From Sminthopsis crassicaudata (taxonomy: Eukaryota), in contig NC_133618.1 of the NCBI RefSeq assembly GCF_048593235.1, positions 611,400,889-611,464,888 on the forward strand: 64,000 nt of DNA. Reading direction: 5' to 3'. How positions within the stretch are numbered: the stretch's first letter is position 1; each line of letters opens with the position of its first letter. The translations under genes were made by a program, and so were the position numbers. Of the stretch, positions 24,272 to 38,909 are shown one piece after another. The notes under the pieces were generated by a model, which ran no database searches, was not told the DNA's origin, and saw only the letters and a program-made list of their open reading frames with translations.

Positions 24272-26664
24272 AGAGGGTTTAGAAGTGAAGGCATTGATTG
24301 GTGATGATTTTTTTCAAGAGTGTAGCCACAAAGAGGAGGAAGTTAGTGGGATTCCAGAAGACCTGACATCACATCCTGCTGGAGAGATATCCTTCAAAGA
24401 CATCAGCTGAACCTGGTATCACAATAAGCAAGTCATTAAATTTCCCCGTGCCCCAGACAACTTTCTGTAAGTTTCAGAGAAGATACTGCTCTACAGAGCT
24501 ACTTACACGAGAGAAATCATAGGTCTGGTATAAAAAAAGGATCCAAAAGCTATTTGTCATGGATAAGGATTATTCACTAAATATGGAAGCATTTTCTCAG
24601 AACACATGATAGTTAACTGGATGCTTTTAGCTTTGGGTGTCTTGTGTAAATAATCTCCACTGAGACGTTCTATGGGCTCATTTAACACATCTACTTGGTA
24701 AATCAGTTTTTGCCTAGAGTTCTCTTTTCTACAATTCCCTAGTACCCTAACCTGAAAGAATTCCACTTTTTGGTCCAATTAACATTAATGTCTAAAATCT
24801 CTAGACTTCTAGACTCCAGCAGAGTGATACTCTTCAAAGGAGTAAAGCCTCCCTCCTTCTTGTAATGGGAAGAAAAAAAGTTTACAAAATGAAATTAGAA
24901 CCACTGTGAAAGGTTACTTCCATTGATGTTTATTTTAGTGGAAATAATAACGAACATTGTTCACCATCTAATACTTCACAAATGTCTTCACAATGATATA
25001 ACAAATTAGATAGTGCAAATATCTTTATTCACGTGTAAGGAAAGTCAAACTTAGAATGACTTGCCCACAAACAAGTTACTATCACACAGAAGGTCTGCCA
25101 GATTTGGAAACTATGTCTTCTGGTTCCAAGATCAATCAATGTTCTTTCCCCTATACTATGCAGCCTCTTACCTTTCCAGTCTGGAGATGAGGTTTGTCGT
25201 CCTCCATGCATTTTCAATTACTGTTACTCCACTTTCCATAATAGTAATAATAATAATACCTGACATTTATGTAGTATATATATACACCAAACTATCTGCT
25301 AAGTATTTTACAATAATTATTTCACTTGAACACCACAGCTATGGCAGGTAGGTGCTATTATTATCTCCATTTTACAGATGAGGAAACTGAAACAGGCATA
25401 GATTAAGACCAGGGTCACACAGCTAGGAAGTCTTCCTGACTTTCAGCCTGGCACTTTGTATACTGGCTACATTTTCCACATTTTTTCAGTCCCTGACATC
25501 TCACTTTAAAAGAGTCACTAAGCAACCAAAATATTGGGTGATCATAATGGTGTGGAATCTGGGAACCATGTTTATACAAAAAAGGTTGGAAAACACTTAC
25601 TTGGAGAAGATTAAGGGGAACTATTTTTTCTGCCTTCAGCTATCTAAAGGGCTATATGATGATGGGATTTTGACATACTGTCTTTTCACTAACTAGCTCA
25701 GGTCTTAGACTCATTAACAATTCCTTCAAGCTTCAAACATTAATTCTCCACAACCCCAGGTTCTCTATGAGGAGAAAATCAGTTTTCATTGCCTCACTCC
25801 TCTTGCTTTGTGATGATTGTATAATTAATTTCTGGGGTGTATAAAGAGACTTTTCAAATTAAGCATTACAGGGACCAGATAATGTTTGGGGGGGATGAAA
25901 AGGTTAATAATCATAGTTAGTAGAGGTTTTTAGTTTAACCATGGTACTTCATTAGTGCTCCCCTCACCACCCTTCTCCTGTTAAATCCTTCTTTGTTGAG
26001 ACTCTGGTTTTAGTTTAGTATTAGTCCCATGGCTATGGAAATGATGGCCTGGACTGCCCTTTGAAGTCTTATGAAATTTGCCTTTTCTGCCCTCAGGAGG
26101 GTAAACAGTTAGGTTGGGAGAGACTTCCTGTTTACTTTCCCTTAGTTTGGTCACCTTGGCTCACTTCATCTAAAATTTACTGGCCAAAGCTAGCCTCTAC
26201 TAAATGCTCCAACTGGAGGTGTGAAGGACTTACATTGCTGGTGGGCAGATATTAGCATGCTTGAACTGATACCATCTCCCACCTGAGGAGGCTAGAGAGC
26301 CTTCTTTCAGAAAATCACATTCACATGCAATGGAATGATGTACAAGAGACATAAACAGATACTCACTCTGTAGCTAGTTCTAGTGTGCTATGATGTGGCT
26401 ATGTAGGCATTAAAAAGGCCGTACTTGACCAAAGCCTTACCTTTCTCTTGGTCCTACTCATTCCTTTAAACAGAATTGTTTAATCAATCAAATGCATTTG
26501 TCAAGTGCTTCTTATGTGTCAGGCACTCTGCTAGGCAATGGAGAATCAAAGACAAAAGCAAAAATAGTCCCTGCGTTCAAGAGTTTTTAAGATAGCTGGA
26601 TGTGTAGAGGTACATGATTTTGAGAGGAAGACAGTAATGATATTATGATCTTTATTTTAAGAGA

Positions 26665-27055
26665 AGTTAGGTGGTGCAGTGGATAAAATAGCTTAGAGTG
26701 AGAAAGCTATTCTTTCTGAATTCAAATCCAGCCTCAGACACCTAGTAGCTGTGTGATTCTAGCAAATCACTTAACCTTGTCTGCCTCAGTTTCCTCATTT
26801 GTAAAATAAGCTGGAAAAGGAAAAGGCAAACCATTCCAGTATCTTTGCCAAGAAAACTCCAAATGTAACACTTCCTAGCTGAGTGACCCTGAGCAAGTCA
26901 CTTAACTCCAATTGCCTTGGCCAAAAAAAAAAAAAAAAAAAAAAAAAGAAAAGAAAAAGGAAAAAGAAAGAAAGAAAACTCCAAATGGGTCATGAAGAGT
27001 TGGATATCACTGAAAAAAATGACTGAATACCAACCACCTATGAGGCTGAGAGAGA
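26665..27055 (+). mobile_element. Mar1/MIR-type CORE-SINE (interrupted)
   Basis: ggtggtgcagtggata...gaattcaaatccagcctcagacac...cagtttcctcatttgtaaaat...ccagtatctttgccaagaaaactccaaatg...ggtcatgaagagttgga. Confidence 0.8.
26866..26971 (+). mobile_element. 5'-truncated WSINE1-like SINE with A-tail nested in the Mar1 SINE
   Basis: acacttcctagctgagtgaccctgagcaagtcacttaactccaattgccttggcc plus A-rich tail. 16-bp TSD aagaaaactccaaatg at 26850-26865 and 26972-26987. Confidence 0.8.
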
Positions 27056-28376
27056 TAAGGGAATTTACTTGTAGTCACACAGCTAGGATCAATGGCAAAA
27101 TCTGCACTCAAGCCTTCAGGGCTCTAACAATACTCCATCCATCATGTCAGGGATGATATGGTCCAATCTGCTTATTTAAGATTATTTTGGTAGCTGTGTG
27201 TAGACTAAGTTGAATAGATTGGCAAACAGAGAGACCAGTCGATAAGATATTTTATGGAAATGTGGGTGAGAGGACTTTGTGTATAGAAAAAAGAAAGAAA
27301 AAAGAAAGATTTTGTTGAGGTGGAATAAGCAAGGTTTAAGCACTGATTGGGTATAAAGATGAAGGAAAGGAGAAAAGTCAAGGATCACTTCAAAATTTGA
27401 GTCTGAAATAGAACAGCTGGAGTAAGGAGTTAGAAGGGAAGAATATGACTTTCATTTTGACCATGTTGACTTTGAGATGTTTAAGGAGCATTCAGGGAGG
27501 TTTCTAGCAGGAATCTGGAGAAACAGGAATTATGGAAAGATATTTAGGATGTATATATAGATTTAGTAGGCAAAGGCATAAGGATGAGATGGGAACCAAT
27601 GGGAAAAGATTAAGAACTCAAGCAAAAGAACATATAAGGAAGAGAGTCTAGAACTTTAAGGTGAAATGGGATTATAATGTAGGAAATTAGATTAGATGAT
27701 CTCTCAGCCAATTTCCAGCATAAAATCTTATGATTCTAAGAAAACCACCATTCAACTGGGGGCTGGAAAAAGACTGTTCTGCCTGCAGTTTTGCAAAGGC
27801 AGCTGTAAAAAAAAATCAGTGAAAAGCAATGGCTTTGGCCTTTCTTTTCCAGATTCCATGGTGACCATCTTCCTTCTTGTTCTTGTAATTGCATTGTTTT
27901 TTTCATACTATGATTGCCAAAATTACAGTTGACTTTCCATTAGTTATATTTAATTTGGTGATATTTGAAAAAGAGGGCTAACTTAATTTGCACTGTAACC
28001 CGTTTCATTTATCAAACATCTACTAAACACCTGCTATAAGGTAGCACTGTGATTAGTCCTGAAAATTGTACAAAATTTAGATAAGACATGATTCTTATTC
28101 TCAGAAAGGCATTATATCCTTGCATTTCAACAATTGGTCATACAGAGCAGCTGCTAAAAATGTCATTTAAAAATATATTTGTTTCTCTATCGATTTATAA
28201 ACATAATTTATAACCATAAACATAGTTATGTCTAATGAATATAATAAGTAGAAATATAATTAATTTATCCTAAAGAAGCAATAATCAACAGAATATTTAA
28301 TTACTTCTTTTTCTTTCAATTGTGGTTATCTTGTCATTCTTAACCAAAGGACTAAAATATCTATACAATTAATTAC

Positions 28377-28461
28377 CTAGAGTCTTTGGGATGAATTAAA
28401 AATTCACTAAAAATCTCAATGACTTGAAAGTCATTTCTCCATTTTACCAAGTTAATTCCTC
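28377..28461 (-). CDS. Putative internal exon (GINLVKWRNDFQVIEIFSEFLIHPKDS) of unidentified gene
   Basis: Acceptor gttttgttttgtcttattccaaaag|ga, donor ctag|gtaatt. Only one frame is open (phase 1 to 2), and it joins exon 29857-30016 in frame. Confidence 0.55.
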
Positions 28462-29856
28462 CTTTTGGAATAAGACAAAACAAAACCAAGAGGTATGCAG
28501 TATGCTATAAATCAGTTCTGGGTTTTTGGTGTCATTGCTAGAAGCCTCCTCTGCCAACTATCCTATCAGAACGACCTGCCACCGGTGGCTGAGACAGGTA
28601 CATTTAGACTGAGGTGTCAGTTTGTAGCAAATTCATGGCTAGCACACAATAAAGACTAGGACAGCAGCTTCCACATTCTTCCTGTACAAACAGTAGAGCA
28701 GAAAGGAGAGCAATCCAATTTACAAGGAGTCTAGCAGCCAGGCAAAAGGCAATAAACCAGAAAATCACTGAAGAAAATCAGTAGAGCATAAGCTAAATTA
28801 AATACAGGATTTGTGAACCAATTTACACACATCAAAGGAAGAGTATGCGAGACACACTTGGATGTGTGTAGACATAAGATAGAAAATCACAAACTTTTCA
28901 CTTTTAGGATGCTATGACCTGACTAAGGACAGTGGAAACAAAGAGCCATGGCTATCTGACAATGGAGCAGTGGGCCTTGAATAACATTACTGGGAAGATT
29001 TTTGTCCTGTTTTTTCTAGGCCACAGAAATATAAAAAGCAATGAAATTAGTCCATGGGGGTTGCAGACTCCAAATAAAGTACACCTCTGATACTTAAGGA
29101 TAAAGTTGGAAAGTATCACCTTCTGAAATAAAACCTTTTCTCTTAAGTCATTGTGTGTTTATTTTATTTATCTATTTATTCATTCAGTCTCTTAAATACC
29201 CAACCATCTGTACATACATTTATGTATTTATCTATCTTATCTATCATCATAAGTTTGTGAACATGTTGAATTCCCCCCCAACCTCCATAGAAAATTAGCT
29301 CCTTGAACACAAGGACTATTTGTGCCATTTTGCATTTATCTCCTTAGCACTCAGCACAGCATCTAGCATCCTGTGTGTGCCTAATAAATACTTTTTAATT
29401 TATTAAATGATCCAAAAAAGAATCTACATAAAATGATTGAGATTAGCTAGCTATAGAAATAATTCACCCTAAGATATGGTTTATAAAAATAATCCTAATA
29501 ATCCTGAATCTTATCAAGAGATTTTGAATACAAATAGGAGATTCTAACCTAGAGAAGTAATATAAGAGAAGCTATAATTTTGAAAACTATAACATGAATA
29601 ATAAAAGCAAACCAAAAAGTAGTAGTCTACATATAGTCTGAAAAAGGAAGGAATAAGAACCTGTCATTATTATTCCCTAGTACCTTTCTAGTTATCATTC
29701 TAAATCATTAGTTTCTAGTTATTCACAAGGAAATGTGAATAGAATAATTAGAATTCCCTAGAATGAAGAATAGAGCATTCTTTTTTTTTAAACAACTTCC
29801 TTTGCTCTAATTCTAGTCAACACATAACCTAATTTTGCAATCTTTTTTGGACTTAC

Positions 29857-30016
29857 CCACTGAGGCAATGACTTGTATAGACAAACCAACATGGGTCTTG
29901 AGCCTAGGTAAAGCTCCCATTCTGGTTTGTAAGTCTCTTACAAATTCATTTAGCCTAACGGGATTTCTTGGAGCCTGTTCACCACTGAGCAAACTAATAA
30001 ATATGAATTTCTGAAC
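29857..30016 (-). CDS. Putative internal exon (VQKFIFISLLSGEQAPRNPVRLNEFVRDLQTRMGALPRLKTHVGLSIQVIASV)
   Basis: Acceptor ctttatctttgcag|gtt, consensus donor gtgg|gtaagt. 160 nt with a single open frame (phase 0 to 1). Confidence 0.6.
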
Positions 30017-32480
30017 CTGCAAAGATAAAGACTCAGGGAGTGGCAATAGATGGGGCCCACAATTGTGAATGAATACTAGTACTAATGTTGATAATATGGC
30101 AACTACATTATTTGTTTATGATATAAATGAATAATTTTCATATTTTAGCACTAGACATCACTTCACTGCCAATTCTCCAAAACAGTACTAGTTTTCCCAG
30201 TATAGTGAAAAAAATTAGGGGGGGGTTGTCATTCAATAGCAATAGAAATAACTATCTTCATCTGACCTTTTCTTCTAATGGTCAATGAATGAGAAAAGTT
30301 TGAAAACTGCTCGTATGTACTAAAGAAGAGACGATCCTTTGCTCATTTGGGCCAATATTTGATCTGTGCTATCATCCCCATTTTTTTAGAAGCTAGATTC
30401 TCTTTGTCTTATTGCACAAAGTTCAGGATACATGGTTTAACTGTCTTGATGTTTTTGTTTTTCAGAAATATTTTTTCCTCTTTCTTTTCCTGGCTTAGAA
30501 AATAAAGAAAACTAAAAGAAGAACTGGTATTTTTTCTGCCTTTAAGCAGAGAAAAATGAAAAGAAAATAGATGGGCTTTCAGAAGAGTAAACTTGATACC
30601 AAAAAACTAAAGAAATCTCAAGGAATATACATATAAGACAAACACACTTGCTTTTTAAGTGCTCCTCTCTTCAGAGACAGGCTTATTCTGAGAAAAATAC
30701 AAGTCTTCTTTCCCAGGGCACTGTCTGTTTGGTGTTAGTGATGTCGATGACAATGATTCGCCTGTGTTTTCTTTGATTTCTTTCCTTCCATCACTTTTTA
30801 TGCCTAATACAAAGGGTCACCAATTCACAAAAGGTGTAGTGATATAGGATTAAAACAAATGACAGTTTCAGGTACATGCTCATTGTTCATGATCTTTCCT
30901 TTCCCTATATTTCTTTTGTTCTCTTCATTTCTGGAAACATACAAGCACAAAAGTCACAGTAGGCAAGACTTCATGAATAATTTTTAAATGAAAAAATTCA
31001 GCGACATAAGCAAGGACTAATTATTTTACCTTTTTGAATTTTGGAAGGCAATTTTGCTGTCAACTTTTTTATCTCAAAAAAAACTATGTTCTGCCAAATA
31101 TTATGTGATTAATATCTTAAAGCAATAAATAAAGGGCAATGAAAAAGTTATAATTCTTGCAGTCACAGTCACAAATCTTCAATCTAATTTTCTATGAAGA
31201 CTGATTAAAATCATGTATCTGAATATCCTCATTCAAAATAATCTTTGATGCTATGGGTCCATTTCAAGTGAATTAAAAGGCTTGAAACAGTCACACAAAT
31301 CTATCTAAAAACCAAGCAAGCAAACAAACAATCAAATAACATTTATTAAATGCTTAATGTATTCCAGGCACTGTGTAAAATGCTTAAGATACAAAGAAAA
31401 AGCTAAAAAAAAATTCCTGTCCGTCTCTGTCTTTAAGTAGCTGATATTCAAATAAAAGGGACATGGAAATAACTAGTGCAAATAATGAATTCACACTATT
31501 TGAAATTATAATTATGCAAAACATGGTTATTAGTTCCAGTCTACTGGAAATATGCCAGGTGAATTTGAATCATGTGACCACTTAACAGGATTCATCCTTT
31601 GCCTTAATCAGGAGGTATGTGTATGGCTGGGATGGTGAGAAGGGAGAGAATTCCAGCTACATGGGCCATCTAGTTAGTGTTAAAAACACTGAGACAGAAA
31701 ATATGAGGAATGACAAAAGGAAGGAAAGTTGGACCACCATGTGTGCACAGGAGTTAAATAAAAGAACAGAAAGATAAAAAGAGATCAAGTTATGAAGAAC
31801 ATTAAATGCTAAACTGAGGACTTAGTATTTCATCTTGGAGGCAACAGGAAGCCATTAGAGTTCACTAAATGGAGGAAGAAACAAGGTCAGACCTGTGCTT
31901 TAGGAAAACCTCTGAACCCTGAGTGGATGGATTATAGTGGGGAGGGGGAAATAAATGAGAAGGATAGGAAATATATGGTGATCAATTAGTGCTTGAAGAA
32001 GAGAGTTCACAGCATCTAGGAGATGATGTCCACAGGTTTCTGGATGGGGGTAACCAAGCAACAAAAATACATGCAAATCCCTTTCCTAATCTGGTTGTCT
32101 TTGGCTCTACAATAATAGAAAGAAGCGCACTTAGCATCAAACAGCATTGTAGAAGATTAGATGTGACTGTAAAGTAATGAAACTGATTTCCATTTATTAC
32201 ACCACAGAAATCAATCTCATTACTTAATAGTCAGACCTTAATATTATTCCATCTTAGCTTATAATAATAAAAGAACATAAATAAGCAATTAAATATTTGA
32301 TGTAAAAAAAGTATTTCAAAAAACTATTTTTAAGAAAAAAATTTTCATTATTTTTAGAATCGGAACCATTAATTACAATACTGAAAAGAATTTAACACTA
32401 AATACAGTGGGCTTTTGCATATACATAGTCGAACAAAAAAGGATTGCCCATGAAACTGCAGGTTAAAAGAATCTTTAAAA

Positions 32481-32694
32481 CAAGGGATTATTAACCTTGT
32501 GGGGACCCCTTCAGCAGTCTGATGAAGCCTGGGGGACTCTTCAAATATGTGTTGCCTACATTAATAATCAAAAGAAATGTTGAATTTCAGTTAGATGTTA
32601 ATAAAAATAAAGATGTCATTTGTTCCCATTCAAGTTCACAGACCCCCTTAAAAAGTCCTCACAGTGGTGGGTCCATCAATTTAACAATTCCTTG
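32481..32694 (+). mobile_element. hAT (Charlie-like) MITE
   Basis: Imperfect 14-bp terminal inverted repeats (caagggattattaa / ttaacaattccttg) and 8-bp TSD ctttaaaa / ctttagaa. Confidence 0.75.
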
Positions 32695-33419
32695 CTTTAG
32701 AATATAGATAGTATTATAATATACAAAAACTACCAGTGTTTGTGCATTTATTTCTTAAGGTTTTTTTTAATATGTATAAATAAAAATAAGTATCCACAGG
32801 TAATCTGCATCATTAAAATAAACAAAAGCATAGACATCTGAATATGTCTCCAATTCTGTATGGAGAACAATATTTCAGAGAGCATTTGAGTCAATGAAGA
32901 AAATGAGACACTAAAACTTACCTCAAAAACTATTTATACTTATTTAAAATTTCTCTATTTCACAATCTGCTATTTTCAGACTTTGGCACTGCCAAATTCA
33001 TAATGGTTTTTATATATACAGTTCCAAATGTTAAAAACAAGTTATAAAAAGTAAAGAACTCTGAAAATAGACTTAAAAAGAAAATTCACGCCCTACATAC
33101 AAATCTGCAAAAGCTGAAAAGGTGGTAGAACTGGTTATTTCCTCAAACATCCATTCACTTTAAATTTCATCTTTGGGTTGGAAAACAACAGTAAATATAC
33201 TTACTTTGAAGGATAACTTTCTAGAAAGTTCTAAAACTATGGCTTTAAATAGAAAAGTTCCAGACTTTGACTGTACTCTAAGTCAGTTCCTCCTAGGCTA
33301 CACAAGGACCATGTTTGGGTAGGGTGTAATGAGAAGGTTAAGATCTATTTTTAAAATTTCCAATTGAATGACTGTTGTCAGTGTTAAGGGGAATACCAAG
33401 TATATAGCACAGTCCATTG

Positions 33420-34790
33420 CACCCACTACTCCAGATTAAAAGATTGGAAGAGGGTAAATGTTGCTCAGATTTTTATGAAATGCAAGAGAACTGAGTCTTT
33501 AAGCCAGAGACCAGTGAAGTAGACTTTGATTCCCCCAAAAAATGTAGATTGAATCAATCATTAAAGAGATGGTGAATACCTAGAAAAGGAAGTAGCAACG
33601 ACAAATAGCCAGCATGACTTCATTGAGAATAGTCATGCCAGACAAACTTCCTTTTCGGATAAGATTACTGACCTAATTACTGAGAGAAATGCAATAGATA
33701 TATTTCACCTAGATTTTGTCAAAGCTTTTGCTAATTTTAGCTCATACTGTTCTTGTAAAGAAGATGGAAAGGTATGGATTAGCCAAAAGTATAGTCAAAT
33801 GGATTCAGAATTGGTTGGAAGGCTGGGATCAAAGAATGGTTGTTAATGGTTCCATGTCAATGTCAACATGGCAAGGGGTTTTTAATATATCTTAGAAATC
33901 CACATTTTCTTGATCCTGAATTATATTAATTTTTAAAAATTAAATAGGAATATAAAGGCATACATGGTAGGCTCTTCAGATTCACAGATGGCACAACACT
34001 GGGAGGGCTAAGTAACAGTGGATGACAGAGTCAGGATCCAAAAGAACCTTGATAGGACAGCACAATTAAATAAATCTAATAAAATAATATTCAGTAGATA
34101 TAAACAAATGGAACATCTTCCACTTGGAGGAAAAAAGTCTATTTGAGAAAGGATAAGGTAAGGAAGATATGGCTAGACAGTAGTTCTGAAAAACAATTTC
34201 AGGGTCTTAGGCAATTGCAATTTCAATATGTCAGGGAAGCCAAAAACACTAATGCAATCTTGAATTTCATTGAAATGGTCTTTGCTTCTTGAAAGAGGGA
34301 GGTGCCAGTCCTACTGAACTGTAATCTCTAGATTTCATCTATTGTACTGTGTTCAGTTCTGAGTGTCACAGTTCAAGAAGGCCATTTATAAGCTTAGAAA
34401 TATGCAGAAGATGACAACCAGGGCAGTAAAGGTTGCCTTGAGTTCAGGTCTTTTGAGGATCATCAATCGAAGGAATTGGACATGTTTAAATTAGAGAAGA
34501 ATGGACTTGTAAAAAGATGAAAACTTCAATAATTTGAAGGGCTTTCCCTATAGAGGAGAGCTTAGATTAGAAGGCAGAATAAAATAATTTTATCAATGGG
34601 TAAAAGTAGTAAGAGGCAAATTTAGGCTCAAATATTAGAGCTTTCCAAAAGTAGAATAGGCTGCCCTGAGAGGTAGTGTTTCCCCATCTGGGATGTCTTC
34701 CAGATGTTGGGTAGCTAAAATGAAGATTCCTTTTCATCTGTGTTAAACTTAATGCTTGATGAGGTCTTTTCTAACTCTCAAGTTCTGAGA
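33420..34790 (+). mobile_element. L3/CR1 LINE, RT region to 3' end
   Basis: SQHDFIEN, IFHLDFVKAF and WIQNWL-like RT motifs, ending in a CR1 3' terminus (gaggtcttttctaactctcaagttctg). Confidence 0.85.
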
Positions 34791-35979
34791 TAACATGACA
34801 GAACTACTGCATTTTGCTAAATTGTTAGGGTTTTACCCTGAAATATATTTTGATAAATCTTCAGAGTTTAAGTGGAATCATCATATTTTCATAAATTCTC
34901 GAACAACCGTTGGCTAGTTTGATGCTTAATTTCCTTGATTCTCCTCATTGTTATGACATTTCCTCCTATGTCACCCTTAAAGAGTCATTCTTTTCTTCTT
35001 ACTAACCCCTCAAATAACTCTACCTCTCAAAGATCTGATTTCAACCTCCTATTCTTCTTTGTACACTATCTTCCTTAGTAAACTTAAACTTTCCTGGTTT
35101 TAATTCTCAGTTTTGCATATAGGACATTCAGCTCTATATTTCCATATATCTCTCCTCCAATTCAATGAAATTTAATACATGTAAATATATCTATATTTCT
35201 GAGAGCTACTATGCTAGAATCTCAGGACATGAAAATAAAAAATTACATGCTCCTTGACCTTGAAGCGTTTATAAATTAATAAAATGCTTAGAAATTTGCA
35301 ATACAATGATAATTCAAGTTGGAATTTGAATAGAATACATAGTAGAGAGGTCTACTTTCTCTACAGAGAAAGATGAGAATATAGAGAGGAAAGGATAACC
35401 TGTTGCTGGAGTAGTCAAAGAAAATATCATGGAGAATATAGCACTCTAGTCATGTTTGGAAGGATGAGTATCCATTTTGGACATGAAGATGTGCCTACAA
35501 AAATATATGAAAATGAGAGAAAACAGGACAAGGTCTAAGAATGGCAGTCTTCCTGTAGTATTAATTAGGTCAAAACTAGTAATGTGAAGTACAGGGAAAT
35601 GAAATTACCAGATTTGTGCATTAGGAAGATAAATATAATTTTGGCAATTGTATGAATAGTATATTAGAAAGGATGGAAACTAGAAAGAGATGAGTTAAAA
35701 GGCCATTATAATAATATAGGCAAAAGGCAATGAAAACCTAAACAACAGTTGTTATAATGGAGCTAGAAACAAGGTGATGAATATGAGATCTCCTCCCTAT
35801 AAATGTTAAGAAAGATTCTGAGCAATACATTTTAGGAAATCATAAAATAATTTCCCATGTGTTATTAAAATCAAAGGACAGATAGACTGAAGATTAAATC
35901 TATGATATGCCAATAGAAATGAACCATAGGAGATGGAGATGAGAAATAGAGAATATTTTTATAGGCTTTATAGATGAAG

Positions 35980-36945
35980 AAGAAAGGAGGAGAGAAGGAA
36001 AAGAAGAATCAGATAAACACAGAATAACACTCCTATGGGCAAAGAAGAAAACTTTTTTAAACTTTAGTACTAATAGTAAATATAATACTGATAATACTTT
36101 AGTAAAAATAGTTTTTTTAAAAAATTATATTCTAAATGATGATATGGTTATATGTAAACAAAGAATAATATTAATTATGAAATTAAAGTTTTGAATAGAA
36201 TACTAAAAACTGAATTTGATAGACATATGGAGAGTACTAAATAAAAATATTAGGGAATTGATTTTTCATATCAATCACATGCTTCATTTATTAAAACTAA
36301 TCACCATATAAGATATAAAAAGATATACAGAAAGGCTAAAATTTTAAGAACTCTCATTGTGACTATAACATAATAAAATAAATAAATTAAATAAATAAAA
36401 ATAGTGAACAAGGAAAATTTGATCAAAAAGTGAAAATTTAAATTGAAACTAATTATTTTCTAAATAACGCTTGACTAAAAATCCAAATTACAGAAATAAT
36501 AATAAAGTATTTTAAATATGATGACAATAATAACAAAATATATCAAACTTTGTATGATACATCTTAAGTAATTCTCAGGGACAAATTTGTATAACTGAAC
36601 ATTTATATCAATAGAAACAAAATAAAATAAAATAAAAGAGTTCTCTTCTCTCCAAACGAAAATAATAACAAAACCAGAACCAGATATATTTGAAAGCAAA
36701 TTTAACCAAATATTTAAAGAATAAATAATCAGTTCTACAAAAACTATGTTCAGAAATAGACATCATTATACTGGATTCTTTCTGAAAGACAAATCTACAT
36801 CGATGCCCCAAACCAGAGAATAGAATAAATAAAAGGGAACAATATAATTAACAAATATTGACATATAATAAATAAAATATCTGCAAATAAAACATAATAA
36901 TATATAAAAATTACTCGTTGTGACCAAGTTAGATTAACATAGCTT
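35980..36945 (+). mobile_element. Old L1 ORF2 fragment
   Basis: Degenerate LIDIWRVLN, PEPDIFESKFNQIFKE and MPQTRE/NIDIxxxKILxN-like motifs of the L1 endonuclease-RT linker. Confidence 0.65.
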
Positions 36946-38909
36946 AGGAGATATATTTGATGGAGCACAAATCAGGAAGAATTTAAACTCTTGTCTTAAA
37001 TACCTACTATGTGACTCTAAGGAAGTCACATCAGTCTGTTTCCTTATCTTAAAATTTTGATAACAGTACCTATCTTACATGGTTATTTTATCAAATAAGA
37101 TAATGTGCTTTATAAATGCTATTAGAATAATAAAATAATAATAATAATGACATGATTATATCAATTAAATGTAGTTTTATAAATTCATCAAGTTCCTAGT
37201 ATAGGACACTGTTTACCAAATCAAGTTATCACCATGCTGATTTATTCTCTCTGTCAAAAGCTGATACTTTTTGACTTAAAGATCATTTTATCCTTCAAGA
37301 GGAAAAAACTTACATTCTATTCTGACTCACCAACAGAGAGAAACTGATTGTTAGAATGAAGATGATGAAAAACTTGGGAGGAAAAGAACATTCCTTTCTA
37401 GAATTTGTGATAGATGAAAGCCAAGCATAATCCTTCATGCATTTGGGTAGTGGGGATTTTAAAATGTTCAGTAGAAGAACAAGTAGGATACTACAGACTA
37501 AAATTCTTTAAGGGAAGCTGACTCAGGAGAGATAGGAAACATGAAAGAATGAAATTCAGAAGATACAAAAGGAAGCACTTTCAATGAGGAAGAAAAAAAG
37601 AACCTGTCATAGGAAACCAATGTGGATGCACAGAGAACTCAGCAACCAACTTAGATTTTTAAAATGATATGTACAGGAGCCACTAGGTGATAAAGAAGAT
37701 AGAACAATTGGCCCTGAATTCAAATCCTACCTCAAACAACTTACTAGCTGTGTCATATTGGGCAAGTCACTTAACCTTGATTGCCTTTTTAAAAATATGC
37801 ACAATAGACAGACCCAAGTGCAAGAAATATCCCATAAATTAGAAAGCTAAAGACAGAAAGAAAAATCTTTGGGGTTTTTAGAAGGAGGACTAAAGAACAG
37901 CACTGTTGTTTGGAGTGGGTGGGATGATGATAACAGATGATGGAGAGAAGAGATTATTACTCCATTTGCACTCTGCTCCTATCTTTTCCCACAAGAAGAC
38001 TAACATTTGCATGGAAAATGACAGAACAACATTATCTAACACAGCGTTGGTACCCCCAAAATAAAAGATTAGGAAAAAGTGTACCTGGATGCTCCTGGTT
38101 AATTCAAATTACTTGTCCCTATGAACTACATCCCTAGATACTCATAGTAGTTATGACTACTGAGCCACTATATGTGATATTAAAAGGATCATGGAAAACA
38201 GAAGAGAAACTACAGGACTGCTAAAAGGTAAATTCTGTCCAGATGTTCAAAAAAATGAAAAAGGGATGGAATTATCAAACTATCATCAGTGAATCTGAAT
38301 TTGATTCCTGGGAAAATTCTAGAATAGTTCATCATTAAAAATACTGTGTGAACATCTAGAAAAAGAAGTGGCAATTTCAAAGAACCAAAAATTTCATCAA
38401 AAATAATCTATGCATTACTAACTATTGTTTTTGGTTTTTTGCTTTATTACTAAATTGATAGGTCAGAAGCAGATAGGTAGCATGGTAGGATAGAGTTCTG
38501 GGCCTGAAATCAAAAAGTCTCATCTTTCTGAATTCAAATCTAAAATCAGACACTTTCAGAAATTAGGAGTTGATAGTTTCTTTATAGATTATGTTGGTCA
38601 GATATGCTCTAGAATATCATGTTCAGCTCTGTGAGTCACAGTTTATGAAGCATATTGATTAATTAGAGTATCCAAAAGAAAGCAACTAAAGTAGTGAAGG
38701 CCCATGAGTCCATTGTTCCAGAAGGCTCTGTTGTTTAGCCATAAGGATATGTTGGCTGGTTTCAAATATCTGAAGGACTGTCAAATGAAAGAAAGATTAG
38801 ATTTGTGTTTGGCCCAAGACAGAAACAAGGAATAAACAGTTGCAAAGTTTCAAAGAAGCAAAATTATGCTAGATGTCAAGACAAACTATTAACAAATTAA
38901 CTAAAAGGG

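Noticed and set aside
28578-28589. Palindrome gccaccggtggc resembling a CTCF site
   Set aside because: Lacks the A of the CCACCAGGTGGC-type core. A single short motif is not sufficient evidence.
30655-31095. Possible exon pair NIVFFEIKKLTAKLPSKIQK / GIKSDGRKEIKENTGES...EERST*
   Set aside because: Splice phases fit, but the upstream acceptor is weak and the stop conflicts with the exon chain continuing at 30016. Could be an alternative last exon but is unsupported.
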